Source: Clostridiales bacterium (GTDB taxonomy: Bacteria > Bacillota > Clostridia > Oscillospirales > Oscillospiraceae). Taken from it: 64,000 nt of DNA. Where the stretch lies: assembly GCA_021202775.1 (NCBI GenBank), contig JAJQCJ010000004.1, positions 4,517 to 68,516 on the forward strand. The letters are read 5' to 3'. Shown piece after piece: positions 1-11,718 of this stretch (position 1 is its first letter; every line of letters starts with the position of its first letter). The translations under genes and the position numbers were made by a program. Under the pieces are notes generated by a model, which had not been told where the DNA came from, made no database searches, and saw only the letters and a list, made by a program, of their open reading frames with translations.

Positions 1-190
1 TGGGATGGCTCTGCCAGCTGCCCTCCAGCAGCAGGCGCATCCCGGTGCAGACCCCCGGCAGGACACCCACCACCGTCACGGGTTCCCCGTGGCCGGGCTT
101 CAGCCGCAGCACGGAGTAACCGTTCTCCTGATTCTGAAAAATCACGGCGGAGACGGTGCCCTCCAGCTGTTCCAGTTCCGTATTCGCCAT
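1..190 (-). CDS. recD2: RecD2-like ATP-dependent DNA helicase, N-terminal 63 codons only (gene runs off the left edge)
   Basis: Reverse-strand ATG at 190..188. The translation MANTELEQLEGTVSAVIFQNQENGYSVLRLKPGHGEPVTVVGVLPGVCTGMRLLLEGSWQSHP fits the conserved RecD2 N-terminal module (..ENGY.V.R....V.G....G....L.G.W..H). It is absent from the ORF track because it has no stop inside the window. Confidence 0.6.
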   Translation of the reverse strand, partial: MANTELEQLEGTVSAVIFQNQENGYSVLRLKPGHGEPVTVVGVLPGVCTGMRLLLEGSWQSHP

Positions 191-223
191 TTGCGTTCAC
201 CATCCTCATGCCGCGCGGGAGAT

Positions 224-547
224 TCAGCGGCGCGCCGAATCCCCCTGCGGCCTTCGTATCAACAATATGTGGGGTTTCCCCCGGACGGCCCGCAGCAGGC
301 GGACCCGTCCTTCCTCCGTCAGGCCGCCGTCCGTCACTTCAATCCGGCCCCGCAGCAGGCCGGAGGCGGTCAGCCACCCCAGGGCCCGGAGCGTGGCCTC
401 CGCCTTCACCCCGTCTCCGGCGGCGGAGAGCCGGACGGAGACGGCACAGTCCCGTCCCCCGGACAGCAGCAGCCAGCCGTAAATCATCCACACCAGGCAG
501 CACAGGCCGAAGGCCGCCCCCAGCGCCAGCAATGCAGTCAACATCAA
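224..547 (-). CDS. hypothetical small membrane-anchored protein
   Basis: 107-aa ORF with an N-terminal hydrophobic helix (MMLTALLALGAAFGLCCLVWMIYGWLLL). It lies directly upstream of recD2 on the same strand. No family recognised. Confidence 0.4.
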   Translation of the reverse strand: MMLTALLALGAAFGLCCLVWMIYGWLLLSGGRDCAVSVRLSAAGDGVKAEATLRALGWLTASGLLRGRIEVTDGGLTEEGRVRLLRAVRGKPHILLIRRPQGDSARR

Positions 548-624
548 TCCTCACCCCCGGAGCATCCTATGCTCTTTAGGGGAGGAATGCGCATAATAGA
601 TTGGGAAGGCGAACGCTTCATTTT

Positions 625-696
625 CTGTAGGGGCGGCCCCTGGCCGCCCGCTAGAACCGCCTGCTTACCCCGGGCGGCCGAGGGCCGCCCCTACAG
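625..696. repeat. GC-rich nested palindrome (REP-like intergenic element)
   Basis: The arms ctgtaggggcggcccctggccgcccg (625-650) and cgggcggccgagggccgcccctacag (671-696) are reverse complements except for 2 central mismatches. Each arm also contains its own ggcggcc..ggccgcc hairpin. Confidence 0.6.
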
Positions 697-731
697 AAAC
701 AGTTGCAAATAGCAGAGCCGTTCTTATCTTT

Positions 732-875
732 GCGCAGGAACACTTCGCTGCCACCCCTCCACCGGCTGTCGCCGGTCCCCCTCCCCCTTCGTGGGAGGCA
801 AGGAAACTGTGGAGATTACCACGTCATTGGCGCCCCTGAAAGGGGAGCTGTCGGCGTAGCCGACTGAGGGGTGGA
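732..875 (+). repeat. MITE-like element family, degenerate copy A (core only, terminal repeats not recognisable)
   Basis: The core aligns with 1494-1628 and with the reverse complement of 30874-31006 (..cccctccaccggct.tcgccgg..cccctgaaaggggagctg..gactgaggggt..). Confidence 0.6.
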
Positions 876-942
876 AAGGCCGGGCAAATTCTTTATAAAA
901 AACAATCCCTAAGGAAAACAAACCCCAAAAATCAAACATCGC

Positions 943-1443
943 CTAAAACAGCGACGCCACCCCATAGCTGACAACGCTGACAATGCCCCCGGCGGCCAGC
1001 ACCCCCAGGGTGATGGCGGGGGCGGCGTTGCGGATGCGCACCCCGGCCAGAGCGGCCAGCATGGAGGCGGTCCAGGCCCCGGTGCCAGGGAGGGGAACGG
1101 CGGTCAGGACGAACAGGGCGACCCCGGCATAGCGGTTCAGAAAGTCCTGATGCTTCGTGCAGTGCCGCTCCAGCCACAGGGCGAAGCGGCCCACCACGCC
1201 GCCCCGGTGGCGCATCCACCGCAGCACCCGCTGGAACAGCACCAGAATGGGGATGATGGGGATGCAGTTCCCGATGATGCAGATGGGAATGGCGAGCTTT
1301 GGCGCGAGGCCGAATCCCACCGCGATGGGGATGCCTCCCCGCAGCTCCACCACCGGCAGCATGGAGACGAAACAGGAGATCAGCACCTTACCGGCGATGG
1401 TGGAGGTGAACCAGGCCCACAGGCTCTGGAGCGCAGCAATCAT
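943..1443 (-). CDS. small multidrug-export family membrane protein (Sm_multidrug_ex / COG2426-like)
   Basis: 166-aa polytopic ORF. It has the family-typical segment MLPVVELRGGIPIAVGFGL and a C-terminal PLPGTGAWTASMLAAL. Confidence 0.65.
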   Translation of the reverse strand: MIAALQSLWAWFTSTIAGKVLISCFVSMLPVVELRGGIPIAVGFGLAPKLAIPICIIGNCIPIIPILVLFQRVLRWMRHRGGVVGRFALWLERHCTKHQDFLNRYAGVALFVLTAVPLPGTGAWTASMLAALAGVRIRNAAPAITLGVLAAGGIVSVVSYGVASLF

Positions 1444-1466
1444 ATATGAGGCGTCCTTTCTTTCTT

Positions 1467-1661
1467 GCGGGAATCAATTTTGAAATCCGCTTTGCACAGG
1501 AACCCCTCCACCGGCTATCGCCGGTTCCCATCCCCTTTCAGGGGAGGTAAGAAGATTTTGTAACCACTACGTCAATGGCTCCCCTGAAAGGGGAGCTGGC
1601 TGGCCGCAAGGCCAGACTGAGGGGTCCCTTTGATGCATTTGACCGAAAATTTGATTTCCGT
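1467..1661 (+). mobile_element. 195-bp non-autonomous MITE-like element, copy B
   Basis: The left end is gcgggaatcaatttt (1467-1481). The right end is aaatttgatttccgt (1647-1661), which is the reverse complement of acggaaatcaaattt. The interior matches copy C almost end to end. There is no ORF of transposase size. Confidence 0.65.
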
Positions 1662-1717
1662 GCTTCTTTTCTGTTATGGGGATACGGAGGAGAGCGCGGC
1701 TGTTTGATGGGGGGTTC

Positions 1718-2065
1718 CTAAGACAGGGTGGGGAAGGCCCGGCGGAGCTGGGCCTGACAGTGCTCCACGGCGCAGTGCAGCGTCAGAGGGGACAGGCCGA
1801 TGAACTTGTTTTTGCAGTCCTGCTCGGCATAGCTGTCCTCATAGCCCATCAGCCGGTCCAGAGCGTAGGTGCTGTAGAACTGAAAACAGGTCTGGTAGTG
1901 CGCCGCCACCCAGTCCGTGTTGGGGAAGAGGAGGGGGGCCAGCCGTTTTGCCAGCTCTGCGGCCTCCTCCAGCCCGCCGGGGAACAGCCTGGCGGCGAAC
2001 TCCGGCCGGAACCCGTCATAGGCCAGGCCGATTTGCTGCATCTGAAATTGTTCCATATAATTCAT
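1718..2065 (-). CDS. hypothetical protein
   Basis: 115-aa ORF that starts 4 nt after the uvrA stop on the same strand. The composition is non-repetitive and protein-like. No family recognised. Confidence 0.45.
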   Translation of the reverse strand: MNYMEQFQMQQIGLAYDGFRPEFAARLFPGGLEEAAELAKRLAPLLFPNTDWVAAHYQTCFQFYSTYALDRLMGYEDSYAEQDCKNKFIGLSPLTLHCAVEHCQAQLRRAFPTLS

Positions 2066-2068
2066 GAT

Positions 2069-4906
<2,838 letters not shown>

Positions 4907-4956
4907 GACCGCTCCTTGGATAACCTTGATTTAAAACACAGGATAATTTGGCTTCT

Positions 4957-5229
4957 TTAGTATTCAAAACCGCAGACCGGACAGCGGCTGTAGTCAAAGT
5001 CGTGCCTGCTGCCGCACTGGGGGCAGGTGCGCTGGGCCGTCCCCGGCGTAGCGTACTGCTGCTCCGGTTTGTATAATTCCAGCTTTCCGCAGGAGGGGCA
5101 GCAATACACATCTGCGGCAAAACCGCTGTGAAGGACTTCCTTCATCACCTGCACCTTGCCGGTGCGGATGAACACGGAATCCTGCTTCAGCAGTTCACAG
5201 CTGCAGTTGGGACAAATGCGCTTTTTCAT
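4957..5229 (-). CDS. zinc-ribbon protein (hypothetical)
   Basis: 90 aa with four CxxC pairs (CPNC, CPSC, CPQC, CPVC). It sits between uvrB and uvrA on the same strand. Confidence 0.55.
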   Translation of the reverse strand: MKKRICPNCSCELLKQDSVFIRTGKVQVMKEVLHSGFAADVYCCPSCGKLELYKPEQQYATPGTAQRTCPQCGSRHDFDYSRCPVCGFEY

Positions 5230-5234
5230 ATCTG

Positions 5235-7220
5235 TCAGGATTTTCCTTTCTGTTTTGGAAGCTTTCCCCGCAGCTCGATAATCTGGTCCCGCAGCGCGGC
5301 GGCCAGCTCGAACTCCAGCTGCTGGGCGGCCTTGCGCATTTGCTTCTCCAGCTTGTCGATGGCGGACCTGATCTCGGCCTGGGTCATCTGTTTGCCGCTG
5401 AAATCGTCGGTGTCCTCCACCGCTCTGGAGATCTCCAGCAGCTCCCGCACGTCCTTTTTGATGGTTTTGGGGACGATGCCGTGGGCCCTGTTGTAGGCGT
5501 CCTGCTTCTCCCGGCGGCGGGCGGTCTCGTCCATGGCGTAGGCCATGGAGGGGGTGACGGTGTCGGCGTAGAGGATGACCTTGCCCTCTGCGTTCCGGGC
5601 GGCCCGGCCGATGGTCTGAATCAGGGAGGTGCCGGAGCGCAGAAAGCCCTCTTTATCCGCGTCCAGAATGACCACCAGGCTGACCTCTGGCATATCCAGC
5701 CCCTCCCGCAGCAGGTTGATGCCCACCAGCACGTCAAAGGTGCCCAGCCGCAGGTCACGAATCATCTCCGTCCGCTCAATGGTCTCCACCGAGTGGTGCA
5801 TATACTTTGCCTTGATGCCGGAGGAGCGGAGGTATTCCGTCAGGTCCTCCGCCATTTTGATGGTCAGGGTGGTGACCAGCACCCGCTCCTTCCGCTCGAT
5901 GCGCAGGTTGATTTCCCCAATCAGGTCATCGATCTGGCCCTCCACCGGGCGCACCTCGATCTCCGGGTCCAGCAGGCCGGTGGGCCGGATGAGCTGCTCC
6001 ACCACCTGGCCGGAGCGCTCCTGCTCGTACTTGCCGGGGGTGGCGGAGACATAAATCACCTGGTTGATGCGCGCCTCGAACTCGTCAAATTTCAGAGGGC
6101 GGTTGTCGTAGGCGCAGGGCAGGCGAAAGCCGTAGTCTACCAGGGTGGTTTTACGCTGATGGTCGCCGTTGTACATGGCCCGCACTTGGGGGAGGGTGAC
6201 GTGGCTCTCGTCAATGAACATGAGAAAATTGTCCGGGAAATAGTCCAGCAGCGTCAGGGGCGGGGAGCCCACCGGCCGGTCGGAAATCACCCGGGAATAG
6301 TTCTCGATGCCCTGGCAGTAGCCCAGCTCCCGAATCATCTCCATGTCGTACTGGGTGCGCTGGCGGATGCGCTGGGCCTCCACCGCCTTGCCCTGGGCTT
6401 CGAAAAAGGCCACCCGCTCCCACATCTCCTTTTCAATCTCCACCAGCGCCCGTTCCAGCTTCTCTTTGGAGGTGACATAGTGGCTGGCAGGGTAGATGGC
6501 CACATGGTTCAGAATGCGGGTGGGGGCGCCGGTGACCACGTTGATCTCACTGATGCGGTCGATTTCGTCCCCCCAGAACTCCACGCGGATGGCGTGATCT
6601 TTGGCGTACACCGGGAAGATCTCCACCGTGTCCCCCCGGACGCGGAACATATTCCGGTCAAAAGCGATGTCGTTGCGCTCATAGCGAATTTCGATGAGCT
6701 TGCTCAGCAGGGCGTCCCGGTCATATTCCATGCCGGTGCGGAGGCTGATGACCATGTTTTTGTAGTCGATGGGGTCGCCCAGGCCGTAGATGCAGGAGAC
6801 GGAGGCCACCACAATCACGTCCTCCCGCTCAAACAGGGCGGAGGTGGCGGAGGAGCGGAGCCGGTCAATTTCGTCGCTGATGCTGGCGTCCTTTTCAATG
6901 TAGGTGTCGGTGTGGGGGATGTAGGCCTCCGGCTGATAGTAGTCGTAGTAGGAAACGAAGTACTCCACCGCGTTCTCCGGGAAGAACTCCTTAAACTCCG
7001 CGCAGAGCTGGGCGGCCAGGGTCTTGTTGTGGGCCAGCACCAGGGTGGGGCGCTGCACCTGCTCGATGACCTTGGCCATGGTGAAGGTTTTGCCGGAGCC
7101 GGTGACCCCCAGCAGGGTCTGCTCATCCAGGCCCAGCGTTACCCCCTGGGCCAGGGCGGCAATGGCCTCCGGCTGGTCGCCGGAGGGCTCAAAGGGGGCG
7201 TGTACTTTGAAAGGGGGCAA
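5235..7220 (-). CDS. uvrB: excinuclease ABC subunit B
   Basis: 661 aa with helicase motifs GVTGSGKTF and DESH and a C-terminal UVR domain ([16 protein letters not shown]). TTG start at 7220 is preceded by a GGGAGGTGA RBS. Confidence 0.97.
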   Translation of the reverse strand: MPPFKVHAPFEPSGDQPEAIAALAQGVTLGLDEQTLLGVTGSGKTFTMAKVIEQVQRPTLVLAHNKTLAAQLCAEFKEFFPENAVEYFVSYYDYYQPEAYIPHTDTYIEKDASISDEIDRLRSSATSALFEREDVIVVASVSCIYGLGDPIDYKNMVISLRTGMEYDRDALLSKLIEIRYERNDIAFDRNMFRVRGDTVEIFPVYAKDHAIRVEFWGDEIDRISEINVVTGAPTRILNHVAIYPASHYVTSKEKLERALVEIEKEMWERVAFFEAQGKAVEAQRIRQRTQYDMEMIRELGYCQGIENYSRVISDRPVGSPPLTLLDYFPDNFLMFIDESHVTLPQVRAMYNGDHQRKTTLVDYGFRLPCAYDNRPLKFDEFEARINQVIYVSATPGKYEQERSGQVVEQLIRPTGLLDPEIEVRPVEGQIDDLIGEINLRIERKERVLVTTLTIKMAEDLTEYLRSSGIKAKYMHHSVETIERTEMIRDLRLGTFDVLVGINLLREGLDMPEVSLVVILDADKEGFLRSGTSLIQTIGRAARNAEGKVILYADTVTPSMAYAMDETARRREKQDAYNRAHGIVPKTIKKDVRELLEISRAVEDTDDFSGKQMTQAEIRSAIDKLEKQMRKAAQQLEFELAAALRDQIIELRGKLPKQKGKS

Positions 7221-7261
7221 GGGGGTTCACCTCCCGTGGTGAAATAGGGGAACAGGGCGGT

Positions 7262-7936
7262 TTACGCCTTTGCGCCGTACTGTTCCAGATAGGCTTCCAT
7301 TTTGCCCTTCATGGCGTCGTCAATGTAAATTTTGCCGTCGATGGGGCGGTTGTGGAGGAAGGCGATGATTTCCTTTACGGTGACAATGGGGCAGACCTTG
7401 ATGCCGTAGTCCTGCCGCAGCTCATCCAGGGTGGAGCAGTCCCGCGTGCCCCGCTCCATCCGGTCCACGCTGACGAACAGGTAGGCCAGCTTTGCGTCGG
7501 CCACGTGTTTGAACAGCTCAATGCTCTCCCGGACGGCGGTGCCGGCGGTGACCACATCCTCCACAATGGCAATCACATCCCCATCCTGGGGCTTGTAGCC
7601 CACCATGCTGCCGCCTTCGCCGTGGTCCTTGGCCTCCTTGCGGTTGAAGCAGTAGGGCAGGTCGATACCGTAGTTGCGGTACAGGCTGGCGGAGGCGGTG
7701 ACCACCAGGGGGATGCCCTTGTAGGCGGGGCCGAACAGGGCGGTGACTTCGTCCCCCAGATTCTCTTTCAGACAGGCGGCGTAATAGTCCCCCAGCCTGG
7801 CGGCCTGGGCGCCGGTTTTGTAGTTGCCGGTGTTGATGAAGTAAGGGGTTTTCCGGCCGCTCTTTGTGGTAAAATCACCGAAGGTCAGCACGCCGGAGCG
7901 CACCATAAAGGTGATGAATTCCTCTTTGTAGGTCAT
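7262..7936 (-). CDS. pyrE: orotate phosphoribosyltransferase
   Basis: 224 aa with the N-terminal GDFTTKSGRKTPYFINTG and the PRPP-binding loop VIAIVEDVVTAGTAV. Confidence 0.9.
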   Translation of the reverse strand: MTYKEEFITFMVRSGVLTFGDFTTKSGRKTPYFINTGNYKTGAQAARLGDYYAACLKENLGDEVTALFGPAYKGIPLVVTASASLYRNYGIDLPYCFNRKEAKDHGEGGSMVGYKPQDGDVIAIVEDVVTAGTAVRESIELFKHVADAKLAYLFVSVDRMERGTRDCSTLDELRQDYGIKVCPIVTVKEIIAFLHNRPIDGKIYIDDAMKGKMEAYLEQYGAKA

Positions 7937-7988
7937 GATGAAGCACTCCTTCTATTCTATTCCGGTCAGGGAAATTCACATCGGGTAC

Positions 7989-8017
7989 AGTATAGCACAT
8001 TTGTTCCCATGAGACAA
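7989..8017 (-). promoter_or_regulatory. sigma-A-type promoter for pyrE(-uvrB)
   Basis: Reverse strand reads TTGTCT-17 nt-TATACT with TGc just upstream (extended -10), about 50 nt before the pyrE ATG. Confidence 0.45.
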
Positions 8018-8055
8018 GCGGAGAATCAAAAATGCGCTCCCGGTTCGGAGGAAAC

Positions 8056-8952
8056 TTACACCCCGGCAGGCCCTTCCGCTGCGTCGGCCACATCCGCCCA
8101 GTGCTGCTCCTCCAGCGGCTCGTAGGCCGCCGTCTTGCGGATGATGGCCTTCAGCAGGCTGTCCAGCCGGGAGCCCTCCCGGTAGTCGGCAGGGGCGAAG
8201 TAACGGATGCGGTCATCCCGCATCATCCGAAACACCCTGGCCCGGTCGCCGGTGTCCGGGTCGTAGACCCCGATGGCGTGGCCGCCGTAGCTGTTCACCA
8301 GCTTCATGCAGGGGATGTCGGTGGCGCTGTCCCCGATGTAAACCATGTTGCGGAAGGGCACCCGCACCTGCTCCGGCGGGAAATAGTCGTTCACGGCGGC
8401 GTCGTTCACGTCCAGCACCCCCTTCTTGATGCGGAACAGGAACTGGGTCTTGCTGGTGTAGTTGATGGCCTGGGCGGGCCACTCCGCCACTCCCCGCTCA
8501 TTAAAATAGAAGGCGCTGGCGTAGATTTTCCGGAACACCCCCTGCCTGGCGATGGAGGAGCCTTCGATCATCTCTTTCAGCCCGGAGGAGATGATATAAT
8601 GCTCCACCAGAACCCCCTGGTCCTGGCCGTAGGCCCCCATCCGGTCAAACCAGCCCTCCACGCCGGGGAAGAGCTGCACCTTCCCGCCGTACTCCATCAG
8701 GGAGGCCCGGGTGAAGGGGAGCTGCTTTTCCTTGGCCTTTTGCACCATCTTGTACATATAGGACAGGTTGCTGTCCATATCGTGTTCCCGGGAGAAGGCA
8801 TTGGTCTCCGCCCAGAACTGCTCCACATCGTAGCCCACCGACTGAATGTAGCCCTGGGCCTGCATATCGTCCGGCGACAGGGTCTTGTCAAAGTCGTAGC
8901 AGATGGCCAGCACGGGCCGGGATTCCTTGTGGCGGCGTTCAAATGGCTCCAT
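8056..8952 (-). CDS. HAD-superfamily hydrolase
   Basis: 298 aa with HAD motif I in AICYDFDKTLSP and a late acidic motif YIGDSATDIP. Confidence 0.75.
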   Translation of the reverse strand: MEPFERRHKESRPVLAICYDFDKTLSPDDMQAQGYIQSVGYDVEQFWAETNAFSREHDMDSNLSYMYKMVQKAKEKQLPFTRASLMEYGGKVQLFPGVEGWFDRMGAYGQDQGVLVEHYIISSGLKEMIEGSSIARQGVFRKIYASAFYFNERGVAEWPAQAINYTSKTQFLFRIKKGVLDVNDAAVNDYFPPEQVRVPFRNMVYIGDSATDIPCMKLVNSYGGHAIGVYDPDTGDRARVFRMMRDDRIRYFAPADYREGSRLDSLLKAIIRKTAAYEPLEEQHWADVADAAEGPAGV

Positions 8953-9035
8953 GGCGGTACCTCCTGTGGGGAAACAGTCTTTCCTCCACTATACCCGCGT
9001 CCTTTGGGAAAGTCAACGGTTTTCCGGCACACTTC

Positions 9036-9204
9036 ACGGAAATCAGGTTTTTGGTCAAATATGCCAAAGGAACCCCTCAGTCTGGCTTTGCAGCCAGCCA
9101 TTTCCGCCGCGCTCCCTATCCTTTTAAGGCAATATCATCAACTTAAACGGGCAACCTATCTTGGATTGAGGAGAATAACGTAGCCTTACAGTCAGATTTC
9201 CGCG
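9036..9204 (-). mobile_element. MITE-like element, truncated/variant copy D
   Basis: It starts with acggaaatcaggttt (9036-9050) and shares the first ~65 nt with copy C (..ggtcaa.ata..ca.ag.aacccctcag.ctggc.ttgc.gccagcca), then diverges. A gatttccg end-like motif lies at 9195-9202. Confidence 0.5.
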
Positions 9205-9460
9205 ACCAAAGGATGACCAAATTGCCGCCCGTTCCGCCGTAAGGCATAGGGAGCGCAGCGGAAATGCCGCTTGACGGCGGGAACGTGGCGGCAATCCCCG
9301 CCAGCCGCCATCGGCGGCAGCTTTGGTGCGTAACAAGTCACATCGTCTCTAACGGGATAGACCACCTATGGGCTGAACAGCGCGAAGCCCCAGCGGGATA
9401 GGAGAGGGGTTCTTAGGGGGGAGCGAGGCCCCGAGCTTCCCCCTGAGCCGCCTTCTTTTG

Positions 9461-9490
9461 CTACTTTTCTTGGCGGAGCAAGAAAAGTAG
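9461..9490. repeat. perfect 12-bp stem hairpin inside a repeat-dense intergenic region
   Basis: ctacttttcttg (9461-9472), gcggag loop, caagaaaagtag (9479-9490). Confidence 0.6.
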
Positions 9491-9611
9491 GCCCCGCTTC
9501 CCGGCAGGGAAGGCCGGACAAAACCTTTATAGCGAACGTTATCTCAGGAGATATTGTCGGGAAGGTCAGCCGGGCGCACACCCTTTCTGCGGAAAATCTT
9601 TCGATTTCCTG

Positions 9612-9658
9612 TTGACAGGACGGACTGCATGTGCTATTGTATTATTAACCTAATACAA
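9612..9658 (+). promoter_or_regulatory. promoter plus probable YtrA/GntR operator of the gntR-ABC operon
   Basis: TTGACA (9612-9617)-17 nt-TATTGT (9635-9640) with TGc upstream. The inverted repeat ttgtatta-N6-taatacaa (9637-9644 / 9651-9658) overlaps the -10 and the transcription start. Confidence 0.55.
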
Positions 9659-9673
9659 TAAGGAGGTAAGACA

Positions 9674-10039
9674 ATGGACTGGAACATCGCCTCAGGCCGG
9701 CCCATCTGGCTCCAGCTGAAGGAGGAGCTGACCCGCCGCATCGTCGTCGGTGCATACCCCATGGGCAGCCGCTTCCCCACTGTGCGGGAGCTGGCGGCGG
9801 AGGCGGGGGTCAACCCCAACACCATGCAGCGGGCCCTGTCCGAGCTGGAGAAAGACGGCCTGGTGGAGAGCAACCGCACCGCCGGACGGCTGGTGACCTC
9901 CGACGCCCAGCGGGTGGAGGAAGTGCGGAGCCGGCTGGCGGCCCAGCTCCTGGAGGAGTTCTGCCGCGGCATGGAGGGGCTGGGCTATACCCCGGCTCAG
10001 ATACAGCAGAAGTTGAAGGAGGAAAATCCCTATGAATGA
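9674..10039 (+). CDS. GntR-family transcriptional regulator, YtrA subfamily
   Basis: 121 aa with a winged-helix segment FPTVRELAAEAGVNPNTMQRALSELEKDGLVES and a short C-terminal region typical of YtrA. AAGGAGG RBS. It overlaps the next gene by 8 nt. Confidence 0.9.
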   Translation: MDWNIASGRPIWLQLKEELTRRIVVGAYPMGSRFPTVRELAAEAGVNPNTMQRALSELEKDGLVESNRTAGRLVTSDAQRVEEVRSRLAAQLLEEFCRGMEGLGYTPAQIQQKLKEENPYE

Positions 10040-10733
10040 ACTGGTACACCTTTCCGGCGTCACCAAATCCTACGGCAGGCAGGCCGCCCTTCTGGATGTG
10101 AATCTGGATTTGCAGCCGGGCCGCATTGTGGGGCTGCTGGGCCCCAACGGGGCGGGCAAGACCACCCTGATCAAGCTGTTAAACGGCCTGCTCCAGCCCG
10201 ATGCCGGGGTGGTGGAGATCGACGGCAAAGCGCCGGGGGTCTACACGAAGGCCATCGTCAGCTACCTGCCGGACCGCACCTACCTGGCGGAGTGGATGAA
10301 GGTGGGGCAGGTGCTGGACCTGTTTCAGGATTTTTACGCCGACTTTGACCGGCCCAGGGCGGAGGCCATGTGCGACAGCCTCCACATTCAGCAGTCCATG
10401 AAAATCAAGACCATGAGCAAGGGGACGCTGGAGAAGATGCAGCTGGTGCTGGTGATGAGCCGCCGGGCCAGGCTCTACCTGCTGGACGAACCCATCGCCG
10501 GGGTGGACCCCGCCGCCCGGGACTATATTATGGACACCATCCTGTCCAACTACAACCCGGAGGGCACCGTCCTGATCTCCACCCACCTGATCGCCGACGT
10601 GGAGCGGGTGCTGGACGAGGCCGTGTTTCTTCGGGAGGGCCGGGTCATCCTCCACGACACGGTGGACGACATCCGGGAGCGGGAGGGCATGAGCCTGGAC
10701 GAGGTGTTCCGGGCCATGTTCCGCATGATTTGA
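10032..10733 (+). CDS. ABC transporter ATP-binding protein
   Basis: 233 aa with Walker A GPNGAGKTT, Walker B LYLLDEP and H-loop STH. Confidence 0.9.
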   Translation: MNELVHLSGVTKSYGRQAALLDVNLDLQPGRIVGLLGPNGAGKTTLIKLLNGLLQPDAGVVEIDGKAPGVYTKAIVSYLPDRTYLAEWMKVGQVLDLFQDFYADFDRPRAEAMCDSLHIQQSMKIKTMSKGTLEKMQLVLVMSRRARLYLLDEPIAGVDPAARDYIMDTILSNYNPEGTVLISTHLIADVERVLDEAVFLREGRVILHDTVDDIREREGMSLDEVFRAMFRMI

Positions 10734-10747
10734 GAGGGGGAAGCGCA

Positions 10748-11551
10748 ATGTTTGGAAAATTGTGTAAGCTGGAGATGCGCTATGTGATGCGCAACTTTCT
10801 GCCCATCTGGGGGGTCGTGCTGGTGCTGGCGGCGCTGAACGGCGTTGCCTTCTCCCTGGATTTGGACGGAAATACGGCCTTCGGCCTGCTGCTGACGGCG
10901 CTGGTGGGGGTGCTGATCGCCATGGCCGTCCTCTGTCTGGTGCTGGTGGTGCAGCGGTTCTATGAGGGCCTCTTAAAGAACGAGGGCTACCTCATGTTCA
11001 CCCTGCCGGTGAAAACCGGCTCCCTGATCCTGTCCAAGGGGCTGGCGGCCCTGGTGGTCATGGTGGTCAGCGGCATTGTGGGGGTGCTGGCCTTCGCCCT
11101 GGTGGCGGGCAGAGTGCTGGACTGGTCCGTGCTGTCGGAATCGGTCACTTACCTGTTCCAGGAGAGCGGGGCCACGGCGGGCAACCTGACCCTGATCACC
11201 CTTGCCACCGTTCTGCTGGCCCTGATGGTGGTGGCCTTCCACATTCAGATGATCTACCTGGCCCAGGCCATCGGCCATATGGCCAGCAGCCACCGGGTGG
11301 GCATGAGCGTGCTGGCCTACCTGGCCATCTCCGTGGTGCTGTCCACTATGGGGAATCTGCTGAGCAATGTGGTGAGCGTGCTGAGCGAGGACTATCTGCT
11401 GGACCTGATGGAGGGATATGAAACCCTGGCGGAGTGCATTCCCACCATTGCGGGGGCGGAGCTGGTGAACGCGGCCCTCTATCTGGCGGGGACGGTGCTG
11501 TTCTTCTTCCTCACCCGGTACATTCTGGACACCCGGCTGAATTTGGAGTGA
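10748..11551 (+). CDS. ABC-associated integral membrane protein (permease-like)
   Basis: ATG at 10748 (MFGKLCKLEMRYVMRNFLPIWG..), 267 aa, about 6 hydrophobic helices. It is the third gene of the YtrA-type module. The longer track ORF from 10370 overlaps the ATPase and is not credible. Confidence 0.7.
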   Translation: MFGKLCKLEMRYVMRNFLPIWGVVLVLAALNGVAFSLDLDGNTAFGLLLTALVGVLIAMAVLCLVLVVQRFYEGLLKNEGYLMFTLPVKTGSLILSKGLAALVVMVVSGIVGVLAFALVAGRVLDWSVLSESVTYLFQESGATAGNLTLITLATVLLALMVVAFHIQMIYLAQAIGHMASSHRVGMSVLAYLAISVVLSTMGNLLSNVVSVLSEDYLLDLMEGYETLAECIPTIAGAELVNAALYLAGTVLFFFLTRYILDTRLNLE

Positions 11552-11587
11552 CGGGGAGGATTTCCCCGCCGGAACGGCGTGTTTTAC

Positions 11588-11616
11588 TTGACAGTGAGTG
11601 TGCCTTGTGCTACTAT
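11588..11616 (+). promoter_or_regulatory. sigma-A-type promoter for the alcohol dehydrogenase gene
   Basis: TTGACA (11588-11593)-17 nt-TACTAT (11611-11616, continuing as TACTATAAT), about 100 nt upstream of the ATG. Confidence 0.5.
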
Positions 11617-11718
11617 AATAAAAGATGCATACCGAAAGAAGTGTGCTCGAAGGGTACGCCCTACCCAACAAAAAATAAACCCGTATTTTTGACAAAGGCA
11701 GAAAGGATGTAATTCGTT

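Noticed and set aside
724-939. Short ORFs running through repeat elements (724-939, 8903-9146, 9124-9336, 9366-9581, 30707-30988, 30992-31291)
   Set aside because: They translate palindromic intergenic repeats (PLKGAPLSGELS..-type peptides). The same sequences occur in both orientations, so no frame is conserved.
7221-7261. Looked for a Firmicutes LexA/SOS box (GAAC-N4-GTTC type) upstream of uvrB and uvrA
   Set aside because: Only 41 nt separate pyrE and uvrB, and they contain the RBS but no such palindrome. None was seen before uvrA either.
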